Source of the DNA: Lachnospiraceae bacterium
GTDB taxonomy: Bacteria; Bacillota; Clostridia; Lachnospirales; Lachnospiraceae
Assembly: GCA_045617945.1 (NCBI GenBank)
Contig: JAZLJS010000101.1
Coordinates: forward strand, 11,529 to 75,528
DNA length: 64,000 nucleotides
Direction of reading: 5' to 3'
The notes beneath the pieces are model-generated. The model ran no database searches. It had not been told where the DNA came from and worked only from the letters and a program-made list of their open reading frames with translations. Position numbers and translations under genes: made by a program. Shown here piece by piece: positions 29,759 through 38,108 of this stretch (position 1 is the stretch's first letter; the number at the start of each line of letters is the position of its first letter).

Positions 29759-30238
29759 ATGAAGGTTTTAATTGTCAGTGATACACATGGATATGACAGT
29801 AATATGTACGAAGTCATTCAGCGGGAAGAACCGTTTGACATGATGGTACATTGCGGAGATATTGAATCCGGTTATTCGCGACTTCGCTCCGTGGTGGATT
29901 GTTCGCTCCATGTGGTGGCCGGAAATAATGATTTTTGTGCCGAACTTTTGCGGACGGATGTTTTTCGAATGATGAATCATAAGGTTCTTTTGGTGCATGG
30001 ACACAGGCAACGCGTGCATTATGGCCTTTTGGATCTGTCGTATATGGCACGGGAGAATGATGCGGATATTGTTATGTTCGGACATACGCACGTGCCGCTT
30101 ATTGAAACGGTTGACGGTATTCTTTTTCTTAATCCCGGGTCGCTTACCTACCCGAGACAGTCGGGTAATCGTTACAGCTACATTGTTCTGCAGGGCAATC
30201 AGACAGATATTACAGATGCGCAGATTAAGTATCTCTAA
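29759..30238 (+). CDS. YfcE/MJ0936-family metallophosphoesterase
   Basis: MKVLIVSDTHG, HCGD, AGNND, VHGH and GHTH motifs. I chose the internal ATG at 29759. Confidence 0.85.
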   Translation: MKVLIVSDTHGYDSNMYEVIQREEPFDMMVHCGDIESGYSRLRSVVDCSLHVVAGNNDFCAELLRTDVFRMMNHKVLLVHGHRQRVHYGLLDLSYMARENDADIVMFGHTHVPLIETVDGILFLNPGSLTYPRQSGNRYSYIVLQGNQTDITDAQIKYL

Positions 30239-30278
30239 TATAAAGTCATAGAAGCGAAATTATCATTGCAAAATTTTG

Positions 30279-30307
30279 TTGACATAGTAAATTGCCTATA
30301 ATATAAT
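30279..30307 (+). promoter_or_regulatory. Consensus sigma-A-type promoter for the tRNA cluster
   Basis: TTGACA (30279-30284), a 17-nt spacer, then TATAAT (30302-30307), about 47 nt upstream of tRNA-Pro. Confidence 0.7.
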
Positions 30308-30353
30308 GATTTGTGCGTCGCGAGCGGGTAGCGGCAAGCAGGCAGCACTCTTT

Positions 30354-30428
30354 CGGGGTGTGGCTCAGCTTGGCTAGAGCGCCTGGTTTGGGACCAGGAG
30401 GTCGCAGGTTCGAATCCTGTCACCCCGA
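30354..30428 (+). tRNA. tRNA-Pro (anticodon TGG)
   Basis: Hand-folded, 75 nt. Acceptor CGGGGTG/CACCCCG, anticodon stem CCTGG/CCAGG with loop TTTGGGA, T loop TTCGAAT. Confidence 0.9.
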
Positions 30429-30435
30429 TGTATAT

Positions 30436-30509
<74 letters not shown>

Positions 30510-30583
30510 TTTGATTTGCAGAACATGAACAAATGCGACGTAGTCAGTTATTTCTGTTTGCAAATCGTGTTTGTTATGTATAT

Positions 30584-30658
<75 letters not shown>

Positions 30659-30717
30659 CTGCCAATAAGAATAATTGTTGGCGCCTTTGATTGGACGCAT
30701 TTCCGATTCAATCGCGT

Positions 30718-30789
30718 ACGGCTATCGCCAAGCGGTAAGGCACAGGGTTTTGATCCCTGCATTCGCTGGTTCGAATCCAGCTAGCCGTG
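30718..30789 (+). tRNA. tRNA-Gln (anticodon TTG)
   Basis: Hand-folded, 72 nt. Acceptor ACGGCTA/TAGCCGT, D arm GCC-AAGCGGTAA-GGC, anticodon stem CAGGG/CCCTG with loop TTTTGAT. Confidence 0.9.
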
Positions 30790-30806
30790 TTGGCACAAGC
30801 CAGAAT

Positions 30807-30879
30807 GGGATACTAGCTCAGTCGGTAGAGCACCTGACTTTTAATCAGGTTGTCGGGGGTTCGAATCCCCCGTGTCTCA
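30807..30879 (+). tRNA. tRNA-Lys (anticodon TTT)
   Basis: Hand-folded, 73 nt. Acceptor GGGATAC/GTGTCTC (with G-U pairs), anticodon stem CCTGA/TCAGG with loop CTTTTAA. Confidence 0.9.
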
Positions 30880-30890
30880 CGAACGAAAAA

Positions 30891-30935
30891 CCCTTGAATT
30901 TACTGCGGTAGACAGTTGTTCAAGGGCTTTTTTAT
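30891..30935 (+). terminator. Terminator after the tRNA cluster
   Basis: CCCTTGAA ... TTCAAGGG (20-nt loop) followed by CTTTTTTAT. Confidence 0.6.
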
Positions 30936-31005
30936 ACCGATTTTTACTTAACGCATTAATTTATTTTTCTTTCTTTATGACGAATAAGATTTGAATCCGA
31001 GAGTA

Positions 31006-31014
31006 TGGTATAAT
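31006..31014 (+). promoter_or_regulatory. Extended -10 promoter element upstream of the permease gene
   Basis: TGGTATAAT (TGnTATAAT) about 100 nt upstream of the ATG at 31113. The nearby TTGAAT is only 12 nt away, so it is not a proper -35. Confidence 0.35.
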
Positions 31015-31112
31015 TGTTATGTTTCAATGATGTACGCTTGAACGAATGTAAATCAATTGCAAGTAATACGTATTCGTGTGCGTTGTGTGTTTTTATTGTT
31101 AGAGGTGCGATC

Positions 31113-32426
31113 ATGGACAAATACTTTAAACTTACTGAGAACGGTAGTAATATTCGGACCGAGATTTTTGCCGGACTTACGACTTTTATGACAATGGCAT
31201 ATGTGCTTGTATTGAATCCTACATTCCTGTCAGCAACCGGAATGGATTGGAATAAAGCATTTTCTGCAACGGTTATTTCTTCGTTATTTGCGTGTTTGGT
31301 GATGGGATTGTATGCAAATCTTCCGTTTGCATTGGGACCGGGTGTCGGAATCAGCGCTTTCTTTTCTTATACCGTTTGCATTGGCATGGGATATTCCTGG
31401 AAGTTTGGGCTGACCGCGGTTTTTATAGAAGGAATCATATTCTTACTGATGTCGGTTTTCAAAATCCGTGAAGCAATTGTGGACAGTGTTCCGTTGTTTC
31501 TGAAGAAAGCAATCAGCGTCGGAATAGGTTTTTTTGTTGCATTTATTGGACTAAAGAATGCAGGGATTGTTGTGGCAGATGAAAGCAATTTTGTTAAGCT
31601 CTCACCAAACTGGTTGTCGGGGAGTTCGTTAGTTGCACTTATAGGACTTCTATTGACAGGCACATTATTGATCCGAAAGGTAAAAGGCGCATTACTGTTG
31701 GGAATGTTTATTACGACAATCATTGGCATTCCGTTTGGTGTCACTACTTACGCAGGTGGCAGTTATTGGCCAACTTCTCCGTATTTTTTCGATTTTGCAT
31801 TTGACGAGATTATGGCGAATGGTAAATCTATTATAGATTTTCTGGTTATTACGTTCGTCTTTCTGTTCAATGATATGTTTGATACGGTAGGAACCTTAAT
31901 AGGTTGTGCAGGCAAGTCAGGAATGGTCCGTGAAGATGGAAGTATTCCCAACTGCGGGAAAGCGTTGTTTGCAGATGCTGTCGGTACAACGGTGGGTTCG
32001 ATTTTGGGAACATCAACGATTTCCACATTTGTTGAATCATCGGCCGGTGTTGTTGCCGGAGGGCGTACCGGTCTTACTGCATTTGTAACGGCGGTTTTGT
32101 TCGGCTTGTCACTGTTTCTGTCCCCGATTTTTGCATCAATTCCGTCGGCAGCAACAGCTCCCATTCTGGTAATTGTCGGTGTGATGATGGCTGAGCCGGT
32201 GCGGGATATTGATTTTACTCAGGATATGGCTGAAGCGATTTCTGCATTTTTGACAATCATTATTATGGTGTGTACTTCGAACATTTCTAATGGAATAATG
32301 TTCGGAATCATCGGCTATGTTATTTTGAAAATTCTTAGCGGTCGCGTTCGTGAGATCAGTAAAATGGTTTGGGTATCATTCGGTATGTTCGTGTTTAATG
32401 CTGTAATGACGATTTTATCGTTCTAA
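31113..32426 (+). CDS. NCS2-family purine (adenine/guanine/hypoxanthine) permease, AzgA/PbuG type
   Basis: From the ATG at 31113: MDKYFKLTENGSNIRTEIFAGLTTFMTMAYVLVLNP, the typical N-terminus of this family. 12-14 TM segments. Confidence 0.85.
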   Translation: MDKYFKLTENGSNIRTEIFAGLTTFMTMAYVLVLNPTFLSATGMDWNKAFSATVISSLFACLVMGLYANLPFALGPGVGISAFFSYTVCIGMGYSWKFGLTAVFIEGIIFLLMSVFKIREAIVDSVPLFLKKAISVGIGFFVAFIGLKNAGIVVADESNFVKLSPNWLSGSSLVALIGLLLTGTLLIRKVKGALLLGMFITTIIGIPFGVTTYAGGSYWPTSPYFFDFAFDEIMANGKSIIDFLVITFVFLFNDMFDTVGTLIGCAGKSGMVREDGSIPNCGKALFADAVGTTVGSILGTSTISTFVESSAGVVAGGRTGLTAFVTAVLFGLSLFLSPIFASIPSAATAPILVIVGVMMAEPVRDIDFTQDMAEAISAFLTIIIMVCTSNISNGIMFGIIGYVILKILSGRVREISKMVWVSFGMFVFNAVMTILSF

Positions 32427-32533
32427 TAGCAGCAGAAAGTCGAGGTACAACAGGTTCTTTTTTATAGAAAAGAGGAGTGCTTTCTGGGTTTTGCGAGGTA
32501 GTATGCAGCATTCCTGTGAAATGGAGCGTTAGT

Positions 32534-34654
32534 ATGATTAATTTGCTTATTATTCAAAATTTATCTGAAATTCAGAATAATTCATATTGTGATACGTCGG
32601 GTTTGTGGAATCGTTTTGACAAAAAGTGTGTGTTTATTACCCGCGATAATTTGGATATATTATCTCAATCAATTGATGATAGCCAGTGCATTGTGTTTGC
32701 TTCGAACTGTCTTCGAGATGAGCAGATTTTGAAGGCATTTATGTCCGATGAGATTCGGAAAAAAATGGCAGATTTCGTCAAAAGAGGGAACAGCTGTCTG
32801 TTTCTTCATCAATTGATGCCTGATGGAACCGAATTGAATTTGTTTGATGGAATTGACGAACTTAGCTTCACAATTAAGAAGAATGCGGATAAAAACGGTA
32901 ATGGTTTGCTGGAGTTTTCTTCTTCTTTGTATTTGGCATATCAATGCTTCCCTAATGAACTTGATTTGAAAGAAATATATAACCGTTCGAGAGAATTTGT
33001 GTTTGTGCCAGGGATATTTTGGCATACGTATTACTCTCCGTCAATGATGTTTAATGCGATTCTTGAAGACTCAGATCATAATATTTTGATTAGCGTAGCC
33101 AAGAATTATCCTGTGATTTATGCCAGCATGATTCTTGATTGGCAGCTTCAAAAGGAACTTTTGGAGAATTTGATTACGAATCTTTATAGTGGTGGGAAAT
33201 GCATAGGTATTGTACATGATAAAGAGAATAAGGATATTTCCTATATGGAACTTACCAATTCCCTAAATGAGAGAAAGGTATGTTTCTATGTATATGATGC
33301 TTCTTCAGAAGCGGATCTTTTGCTTATGCGAAAAAGAATTGATTCCAAATGCCATTCGATGATTCTTTTAGATACGGATGTATTGGATTTGAATGGTGAG
33401 ATTTATGAAAAGTGTTATAAACAAGGTATTAATTGTATCCGTATAAATGCAGATTCATTACATGAATATGATAAAACGTTGGTTTGGCATGATAATTATC
33501 AGGCCAGTTATCAGATGCTTACCCAACTGGAAATAGAAGTTCAAAAAGTACTTGGTAATATGCTAATAGAGAATAGTTTTTCCACTACAATACAAGTGCT
33601 TAAGTTATTGCTTGATAGTGGGAAACCTTCCGGTAATTATGAAATTGAAAAACTTCAAATCGTGATGGATTATATTGAAAAACATCTTATGAGTGATGGG
33701 TCATATGATTATACATTTGGCGCAACGTGTAGAATGCTATGGTTTTTTAAACGTATTTGTAAGCAAAACAATCCGATTGTAGCAAAGCGGATTGCTGCGG
33801 CTAAAGCGTGGTTGAAGAATATGAATACGGATTTGTTCAGACCTCGAGAACTGATTGAATTAGCGTATGCTTGTGATGAGGATTTGAATAGTGCGCTTGA
33901 AAAATGTTTTCAATATGATTTAGATGCGGAAGCCACGGTTTATGATCTTATTGAAATGGGATCCTTGGCGCAAAAACAACAGCGATATGATTTGGAACGA
34001 ATATGTATAGAAAAACTGGTTGCACGTAAGGAGTCAATTGGGTATTCCGAAGATGAACTGATGAAGTTCTGTATGATTTTGACCCGCTTTATCGCGAAAG
34101 GCAGATTTATCAATGCAGAAGAAAAGGATAAATATTCAGCGCTCTTGGTTTCAGGAATAAGTGATTTGCAGAGCTGGGATCCGATAGGTAAAAACATTGC
34201 GAAGAATATTGAAAAGTGCCTCTTGTTTATTGAATATGAGAAATTGATTCATCATCCGATTGATACAATATTAAAGCTGCATGAAGTGGGCGATGGAAGC
34301 ATTTCGGCCAAATTACATGATCATGTCAGTATGATTGAAGATTATCGTGTTGATGTTTATGTTCAAGGAAAGCAAATTGAAAATTTGCGAAATAAGAACA
34401 GGAATCTTTCTGTATTTAAGAATGCATTTTGGATTGCAGTGATTTGCATGATCCCGATAATATATCTTAGTATCTGGTTATTGGTTTGGTTAGGGGAAAA
34501 TGCTAAACTGGGCGAGATGTTTCGTGATATAATTGTTTCCTACTGGCAATATCATACGGTCCTTGTGTCAGCATTGGTAGCGGCTACATCCGGAATTGTC
34601 AGCCGGATTATCAAGAAGAACTCTGAAAAGCATTTGGACGAATTGGAGAAATAA
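32534..34654 (+). CDS. Orphan 706-aa protein with two C-terminal TM helices; no family recognised
   Basis: ATG at 32534 lies 7 nt after GGAG. AT-rich. N-terminal strand/helix region (QCIVFASNCL...GNSCLFLHQLM), a central helical-repeat region (SDGSYDYTFGATCRMLWFF), and C-terminal FWIAVICMIPIIYLSIWLLVWL and TVLVSALVAATSGIV. Confidence 0.7.
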   Translation: MINLLIIQNLSEIQNNSYCDTSGLWNRFDKKCVFITRDNLDILSQSIDDSQCIVFASNCLRDEQILKAFMSDEIRKKMADFVKRGNSCLFLHQLMPDGTELNLFDGIDELSFTIKKNADKNGNGLLEFSSSLYLAYQCFPNELDLKEIYNRSREFVFVPGIFWHTYYSPSMMFNAILEDSDHNILISVAKNYPVIYASMILDWQLQKELLENLITNLYSGGKCIGIVHDKENKDISYMELTNSLNERKVCFYVYDASSEADLLLMRKRIDSKCHSMILLDTDVLDLNGEIYEKCYKQGINCIRINADSLHEYDKTLVWHDNYQASYQMLTQLEIEVQKVLGNMLIENSFSTTIQVLKLLLDSGKPSGNYEIEKLQIVMDYIEKHLMSDGSYDYTFGATCRMLWFFKRICKQNNPIVAKRIAAAKAWLKNMNTDLFRPRELIELAYACDEDLNSALEKCFQYDLDAEATVYDLIEMGSLAQKQQRYDLERICIEKLVARKESIGYSEDELMKFCMILTRFIAKGRFINAEEKDKYSALLVSGISDLQSWDPIGKNIAKNIEKCLLFIEYEKLIHHPIDTILKLHEVGDGSISAKLHDHVSMIEDYRVDVYVQGKQIENLRNKNRNLSVFKNAFWIAVICMIPIIYLSIWLLVWLGENAKLGEMFRDIIVSYWQYHTVLVSALVAATSGIVSRIIKKNSEKHLDELEK

Positions 34655-35497
34655 ATGTTTATTGTTTTAGGCGTAATTTTTGGTGTTTTTGTGGCAATAA
34701 CAAAAGGAATAGATACTTCAATCAATAAGTCTCTTATGGGAACCACTTCAGCGATTGATCATTCGCTGTATCGTATTCTTTTTGTTACACCTGTTTTGTT
34801 TATTGCAGCTCTTTTTCATTGGCAGATTTCAGTGGCATCTATAGGATGGTTATTGGCATATGGGGGCTTGGAAACTGTTAATATATTAACCCATCAGCTT
34901 GCGATTAAATCATTGAATTCTGTACATGCTGAGATTTTGTCCAAATCCAAGTCACTTACAACTTACATATTGAGTTTGATTTTGGTTGTTGAAAGCGTAT
35001 CGGTAAAAGGTGTCCTGGGCATTGTTATATTTACGGCCGGTATGCTGATTACTATTGATTTTAAGGAATTGGACTGGAAGAAATTCAGTTCTTTTCAGGG
35101 ATATTTGTTTGAGATAATTTCTGTTCTGGCGAGGACCATAAAGCCGTTTATTCTTTATAAATTGTTATCAGAGGGCTCTATTAGTAATGAAGTGCTGGCC
35201 TTTTTGAGTATGCCGATTGCCTTTGTGTTTATTTGGATTATTTTCAGACCTAAACTTAGTTTCAAATCAATTAACGTGAAGGGATATGTTGCACAGGCAA
35301 TAATTGTAGGCCTTTCTATGATTGCGTCCGGATATGCCATTTTATACGCCGGTGCTGTGATAACTTCAATGGTTGAAAATCTGTCGATATTTGTGGTTTG
35401 CATTATTTCATATTTCATGGTAAAGAAAAAACCCGAATATACGGTATGGATTGGCGCGACATTGGCGATTATCGGTGTGATTTTGGTATCGGTCTAG
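34655..35497 (+). CDS. Polytopic membrane protein, DMT/EamA-like (about 10 TM)
   Basis: 280 aa, hydrophobic throughout, with a two-halves organisation. The ATG directly abuts the TAA of the upstream ORF (34652-34654 / 34655). Confidence 0.6.
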   Translation: MFIVLGVIFGVFVAITKGIDTSINKSLMGTTSAIDHSLYRILFVTPVLFIAALFHWQISVASIGWLLAYGGLETVNILTHQLAIKSLNSVHAEILSKSKSLTTYILSLILVVESVSVKGVLGIVIFTAGMLITIDFKELDWKKFSSFQGYLFEIISVLARTIKPFILYKLLSEGSISNEVLAFLSMPIAFVFIWIIFRPKLSFKSINVKGYVAQAIIVGLSMIASGYAILYAGAVITSMVENLSIFVVCIISYFMVKKKPEYTVWIGATLAIIGVILVSV

Positions 35498-35630
35498 TTT
35501 CTTTTTGAAAATATGATTGATTTGAATAGAGAAAAGTTTTTGTTAGTTGAATTGATTGGGGAAGTTCTTGTTTTTCAAATTCATTTATGATACTATTCTC
35601 TTGCAATAAGCTTTAAGGAGGTATATTACT

Positions 35631-35801
35631 ATGGCATTTGTTGTTGATGATAGCGCATGTGTAGGTTGCGGTGCTTGTGAAGGCGCTTGCCCTACAGGAG
35701 CAATTAAAGTAGAAGGAACAGCATCTATCAATCCTGATGATTGTGTAAGCTGTGGCGCTTGTGCAGGAACATGCCCTTGTGGCGCTATTAACGAAGGTTA
35801 A
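35631..35801 (+). CDS. 2x[4Fe-4S] clostridial-type ferredoxin (56 aa; too short for the ORF track)
   Basis: My translation: MAFVVDDSACVGCGACEGACPTGAIKVEGTASINPDDCVSCGACAGTCPCGAINEG. It has two CxxCxxCxxxCP motifs. AAGGAGG lies 9 nt upstream. Confidence 0.9.
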   Translation: MAFVVDDSACVGCGACEGACPTGAIKVEGTASINPDDCVSCGACAGTCPCGAINEG

Positions 35802-35828
35802 TATTTAAATTTCCTGAAATTTTTGAAA

Positions 35829-35858
35829 GGGAATCGGCGATGCCGGTTCCCTTTTTTG
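35829..35858 (+). terminator. Rho-independent terminator after the ferredoxin gene
   Basis: GGGAAtCGGC-gat-GCCGgTTCCC followed by TTTTTTG. Confidence 0.75.
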
Positions 35859-36031
35859 TTATGGCGACGAAGAGAATAGACTTCGTGCTTGCACGAAAGG
35901 ATATTCGACGACCGCTAATCATAGATGCTGCTCGCGAAGCGGATTCCGAATGATAAGGAATTCGGAGAGTTCCGATAACAAAAATATAATTTGCAAGCGA
36001 CGCATGCCTGTTTGCATCACTCATTGTGGCC

Positions 36032-36080
36032 GGAATATGTTGTGGATGAATGGAATATGTTGTGGATTAACGGAATATGC
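36032..36080. repeat. Tandem repeat, 20 bp x about 2.5
   Basis: GGAATATGTTGTGGAT(G/T)AA(T/C) is repeated. Confidence 0.8.
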
Positions 36081-36146
36081 GCGTTTGGTTTACATAAAGT
36101 CACATGTGCTTTCGTGTCCTGTGTCTGGAGAAAGAAATCTGAGTTC

Positions 36147-36335
36147 ATAGACACAAAATGGTTTACATAATTCCGCACCACCAAACGATTCAGGTCGCTT
36201 TTGTGTCTGAAATGATAAAAAACGGAATCTAGACACAAAATTAGTAAAACATCAAGTTTACATAAAATCACCCATTTCATTTTTGTGTCTACGCAGCTTT
36301 AAAATCTGTTATAGACACAATTATAGTTTACATAA
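36147..36335. repeat. Cluster of AGACACAA/TTGTGTCT inverted motifs and GTTTACATAA direct motifs
   Basis: TTTTGTGTCT-N22-AGACACAAAA (36199-36240) and TTGTGTCT-N22-AGACACAA (36283-36320). GTTTACATAA at 36161, 36256 and 36326, with another copy at 36088. Confidence 0.8.
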
Positions 36336-36360
36336 CGCAAACCTGCATTACAATCCGAGT

Positions 36361-36417
36361 GAAATTACGATAATATGGATCGAAATTACGATAATATGGA
36401 TTGAAATTCAATAATCG
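36361..36417. repeat. Tandem repeat, 21 bp x about 2.7
   Basis: GAAATTACGATAATATGGAT(C/T) at 36361 and 36382, plus a partial third copy. Confidence 0.85.
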
Positions 36418-36579
36418 GCTTGACATATTGTGTATTGATGATATCATATTGATATCAAAAATAATCATTGTGTTCCAAACATATATCAGAAACGCCGCAA
36501 ACATAGCATCGCTACGCAGCAAATAGATGCTTTGGAACATTTTGAGTAGATCGGTATGAGACGTGAAAGGAGTTTTATT

Positions 36580-37560
36580 ATGGAAGAGAAAATGTTAAAC
36601 GGTAAAAAGAACGGAATGGCAATGCTTTTATTACTTATTTTATTGATGGCAGGATCAATTGCAGGAATGATATTCGGCGGCGTGAATGGATGGGGATGGC
36701 TGGTCGCTCTGTCGATAATCATATTGATTACATCATTTATTTTGTTGGCCGGTTTGACGGTATTGAAGCCGCAGGAGGCGGTTGTCCTTACTTTGTTCGG
36801 TAATTATGTCGGAACATTGAAAGGTGAAGGTTTCTACTATGTAAATCCTTTTTGCAGTGCTGTGAATCCTGCAGCGAGAACGCGTCTTTCTCAAAGCGGC
36901 GATGTAAGAGATAATTCTGCGGCAACAGCTGCTGCAGAAGGATCTTCCAAGAAACTTTCATTGAAGATAATGACCTTGAATAATTCCCGGCAGAAAATCA
37001 ACGATTGCCTCGGTAATCCTGTTGAAATCGGTATTGCGGTTACATGGAGAATTGTTGATACGGCTAAAGCAGTATTTAACGTAGAGAATTACAAAGAATT
37101 CTTATCATTGCAGTGCGATACCGCACTTCGTAACATTGTTCGTATTTATCCTTATGATGTTGCTGAAAATGTGGATACAACAGGTGACGGAATTGCAGAT
37201 GAAGGTTCTCTTCGCGGATCCAGTGAAGTAGTTGCGGCCAGAATTAAGGAAGAGATTCAGAAACGTGTTGAGGAAGCCGGTATTGAAATTGTAGAGTCCA
37301 GAATTACTTATCTTGCATATGCACCTGAAATTGCTGCTGTTATGTTGCAGCGCCAGCAGGCTTCCGCTATTATTGATGCCAGAAAGATGATTGTTGATGG
37401 TGCCGTTGGTATGGTGGAGATGGCAATCGATCGATTGAATGAAGGCGGTCGCGTAGATCTTGATGAAGAACGTAAGGCTGCGATGGTATCGAATCTGCTG
37501 GTTGTTCTGTGCGGCAATCATGATGCTCAACCTATTGTGAATTCCGGAAGCTTATATTAA
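36580..37560 (+). CDS. SPFH/band-7 domain membrane protein
   Basis: ATG at 36580 lies 7 nt after AAAGGAG. Two N-terminal TM helices. SPFH core ([54 protein letters not shown]) and a C-terminal coiled region. Confidence 0.8.
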   Translation: MEEKMLNGKKNGMAMLLLLILLMAGSIAGMIFGGVNGWGWLVALSIIILITSFILLAGLTVLKPQEAVVLTLFGNYVGTLKGEGFYYVNPFCSAVNPAARTRLSQSGDVRDNSAATAAAEGSSKKLSLKIMTLNNSRQKINDCLGNPVEIGIAVTWRIVDTAKAVFNVENYKEFLSLQCDTALRNIVRIYPYDVAENVDTTGDGIADEGSLRGSSEVVAARIKEEIQKRVEEAGIEIVESRITYLAYAPEIAAVMLQRQQASAIIDARKMIVDGAVGMVEMAIDRLNEGGRVDLDEERKAAMVSNLLVVLCGNHDAQPIVNSGSLY

Positions 37561-37665
37561 TGTAATGCGGGAGCAATCTCTTGTATATTACAGCTTGTAT
37601 ATTACAGACTTAGATAAGCATTACTAATTCGGAGAATTGCAGATTCTGCGAATAAAATGAGCATG

Positions 37666-37745
37666 AATTTGCAATAAACATAGTTTGCAATAAACACAGT
37701 TTGCAATAAACACAGTTTGCAATAACCACAGTTTGCAATAATCAG
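37666..37745. repeat. Tandem repeat, 16 bp x 5, directly upstream of the RHH gene
   Basis: A(G/A)TTTGCAATAA(A/C/T)CA(C/T/G) units at 37666, 37682, 37698, 37714 and 37730. The last ends 16 nt before the ATG at 37762. Confidence 0.9.
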
Positions 37746-37761
37746 AAATGGAGAAACTGTT

Positions 37762-37977
37762 ATGCCCGAAAAGAACAGTGAAAATGGCAAAAAACAGATA
37801 CCGCTCAGACTCAGCGCGAAGTTGTATGATGCAATCGCGGCGTGGGCAGAAGATGATTTTCGGTCCGTGAATGGTCAAATCGAATATTTGCTGTCAGAAT
37901 GTGTGCGACAGCGCAAGAAGAACGGTAAATATGTGTCAGACGAACTCGATGTTCCGCCTGAACTTGATATTCATTGA
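37762..37977 (+). CDS. Arc/MetJ-type ribbon-helix-helix DNA-binding protein
   Basis: 71 aa. KQIPLRLSAKLYDAIAAWAEDDFRSVNGQIEYLL fits the RHH pattern (beta-strand RL, helix, RSxN, helix). Confidence 0.7.
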   Translation: MPEKNSENGKKQIPLRLSAKLYDAIAAWAEDDFRSVNGQIEYLLSECVRQRKKNGKYVSDELDVPPELDIH

Positions 37978-37980
37978 ATG

Positions 37981-38086
37981 AGGAGAGTTTCCCTTTTTTA
38001 TAAGTAAGCTGGAGCTTATTACGCGAAATTGAAAGGAGAGTTTCCTTTTTCCATAAGTAAAATGGAACTTATTGCGCGAAATTGAA
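37981..38086. repeat. Direct duplication, 53 bp x 2
   Basis: AGGAGAGTTTCC(C)TTTTT..ATAAGTAA..TGGA..CTTATT.CGCGAAATTGAA at 37981-38033 and 38034-38086, with about 45 of 53 positions identical by eye. Confidence 0.85.
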
Positions 38087-38108
38087 AAGAGAGTAAGGAG
38101 AGAAAGTT

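Noticed and set aside
30940-31112. Purine riboswitch upstream of the NCS2 purine permease
   Set aside because: I could not find the conserved guanine/adenine riboswitch core (the P1 stem with UAUA...CGCGUGGAUAUGGC...CCGUAAAU-like junctions) in this leader. Only an extended -10 element is visible.
36032-36080. DnaA boxes or a replication origin (TGTGGATGAA / TGTGGATTAA)
   Set aside because: Each site deviates from the TGTGNAWAA consensus. There are only two, they are part of a simple 20-bp tandem repeat, and there is no dnaA/dnaN context or AT-rich unwinding element pattern I could define.
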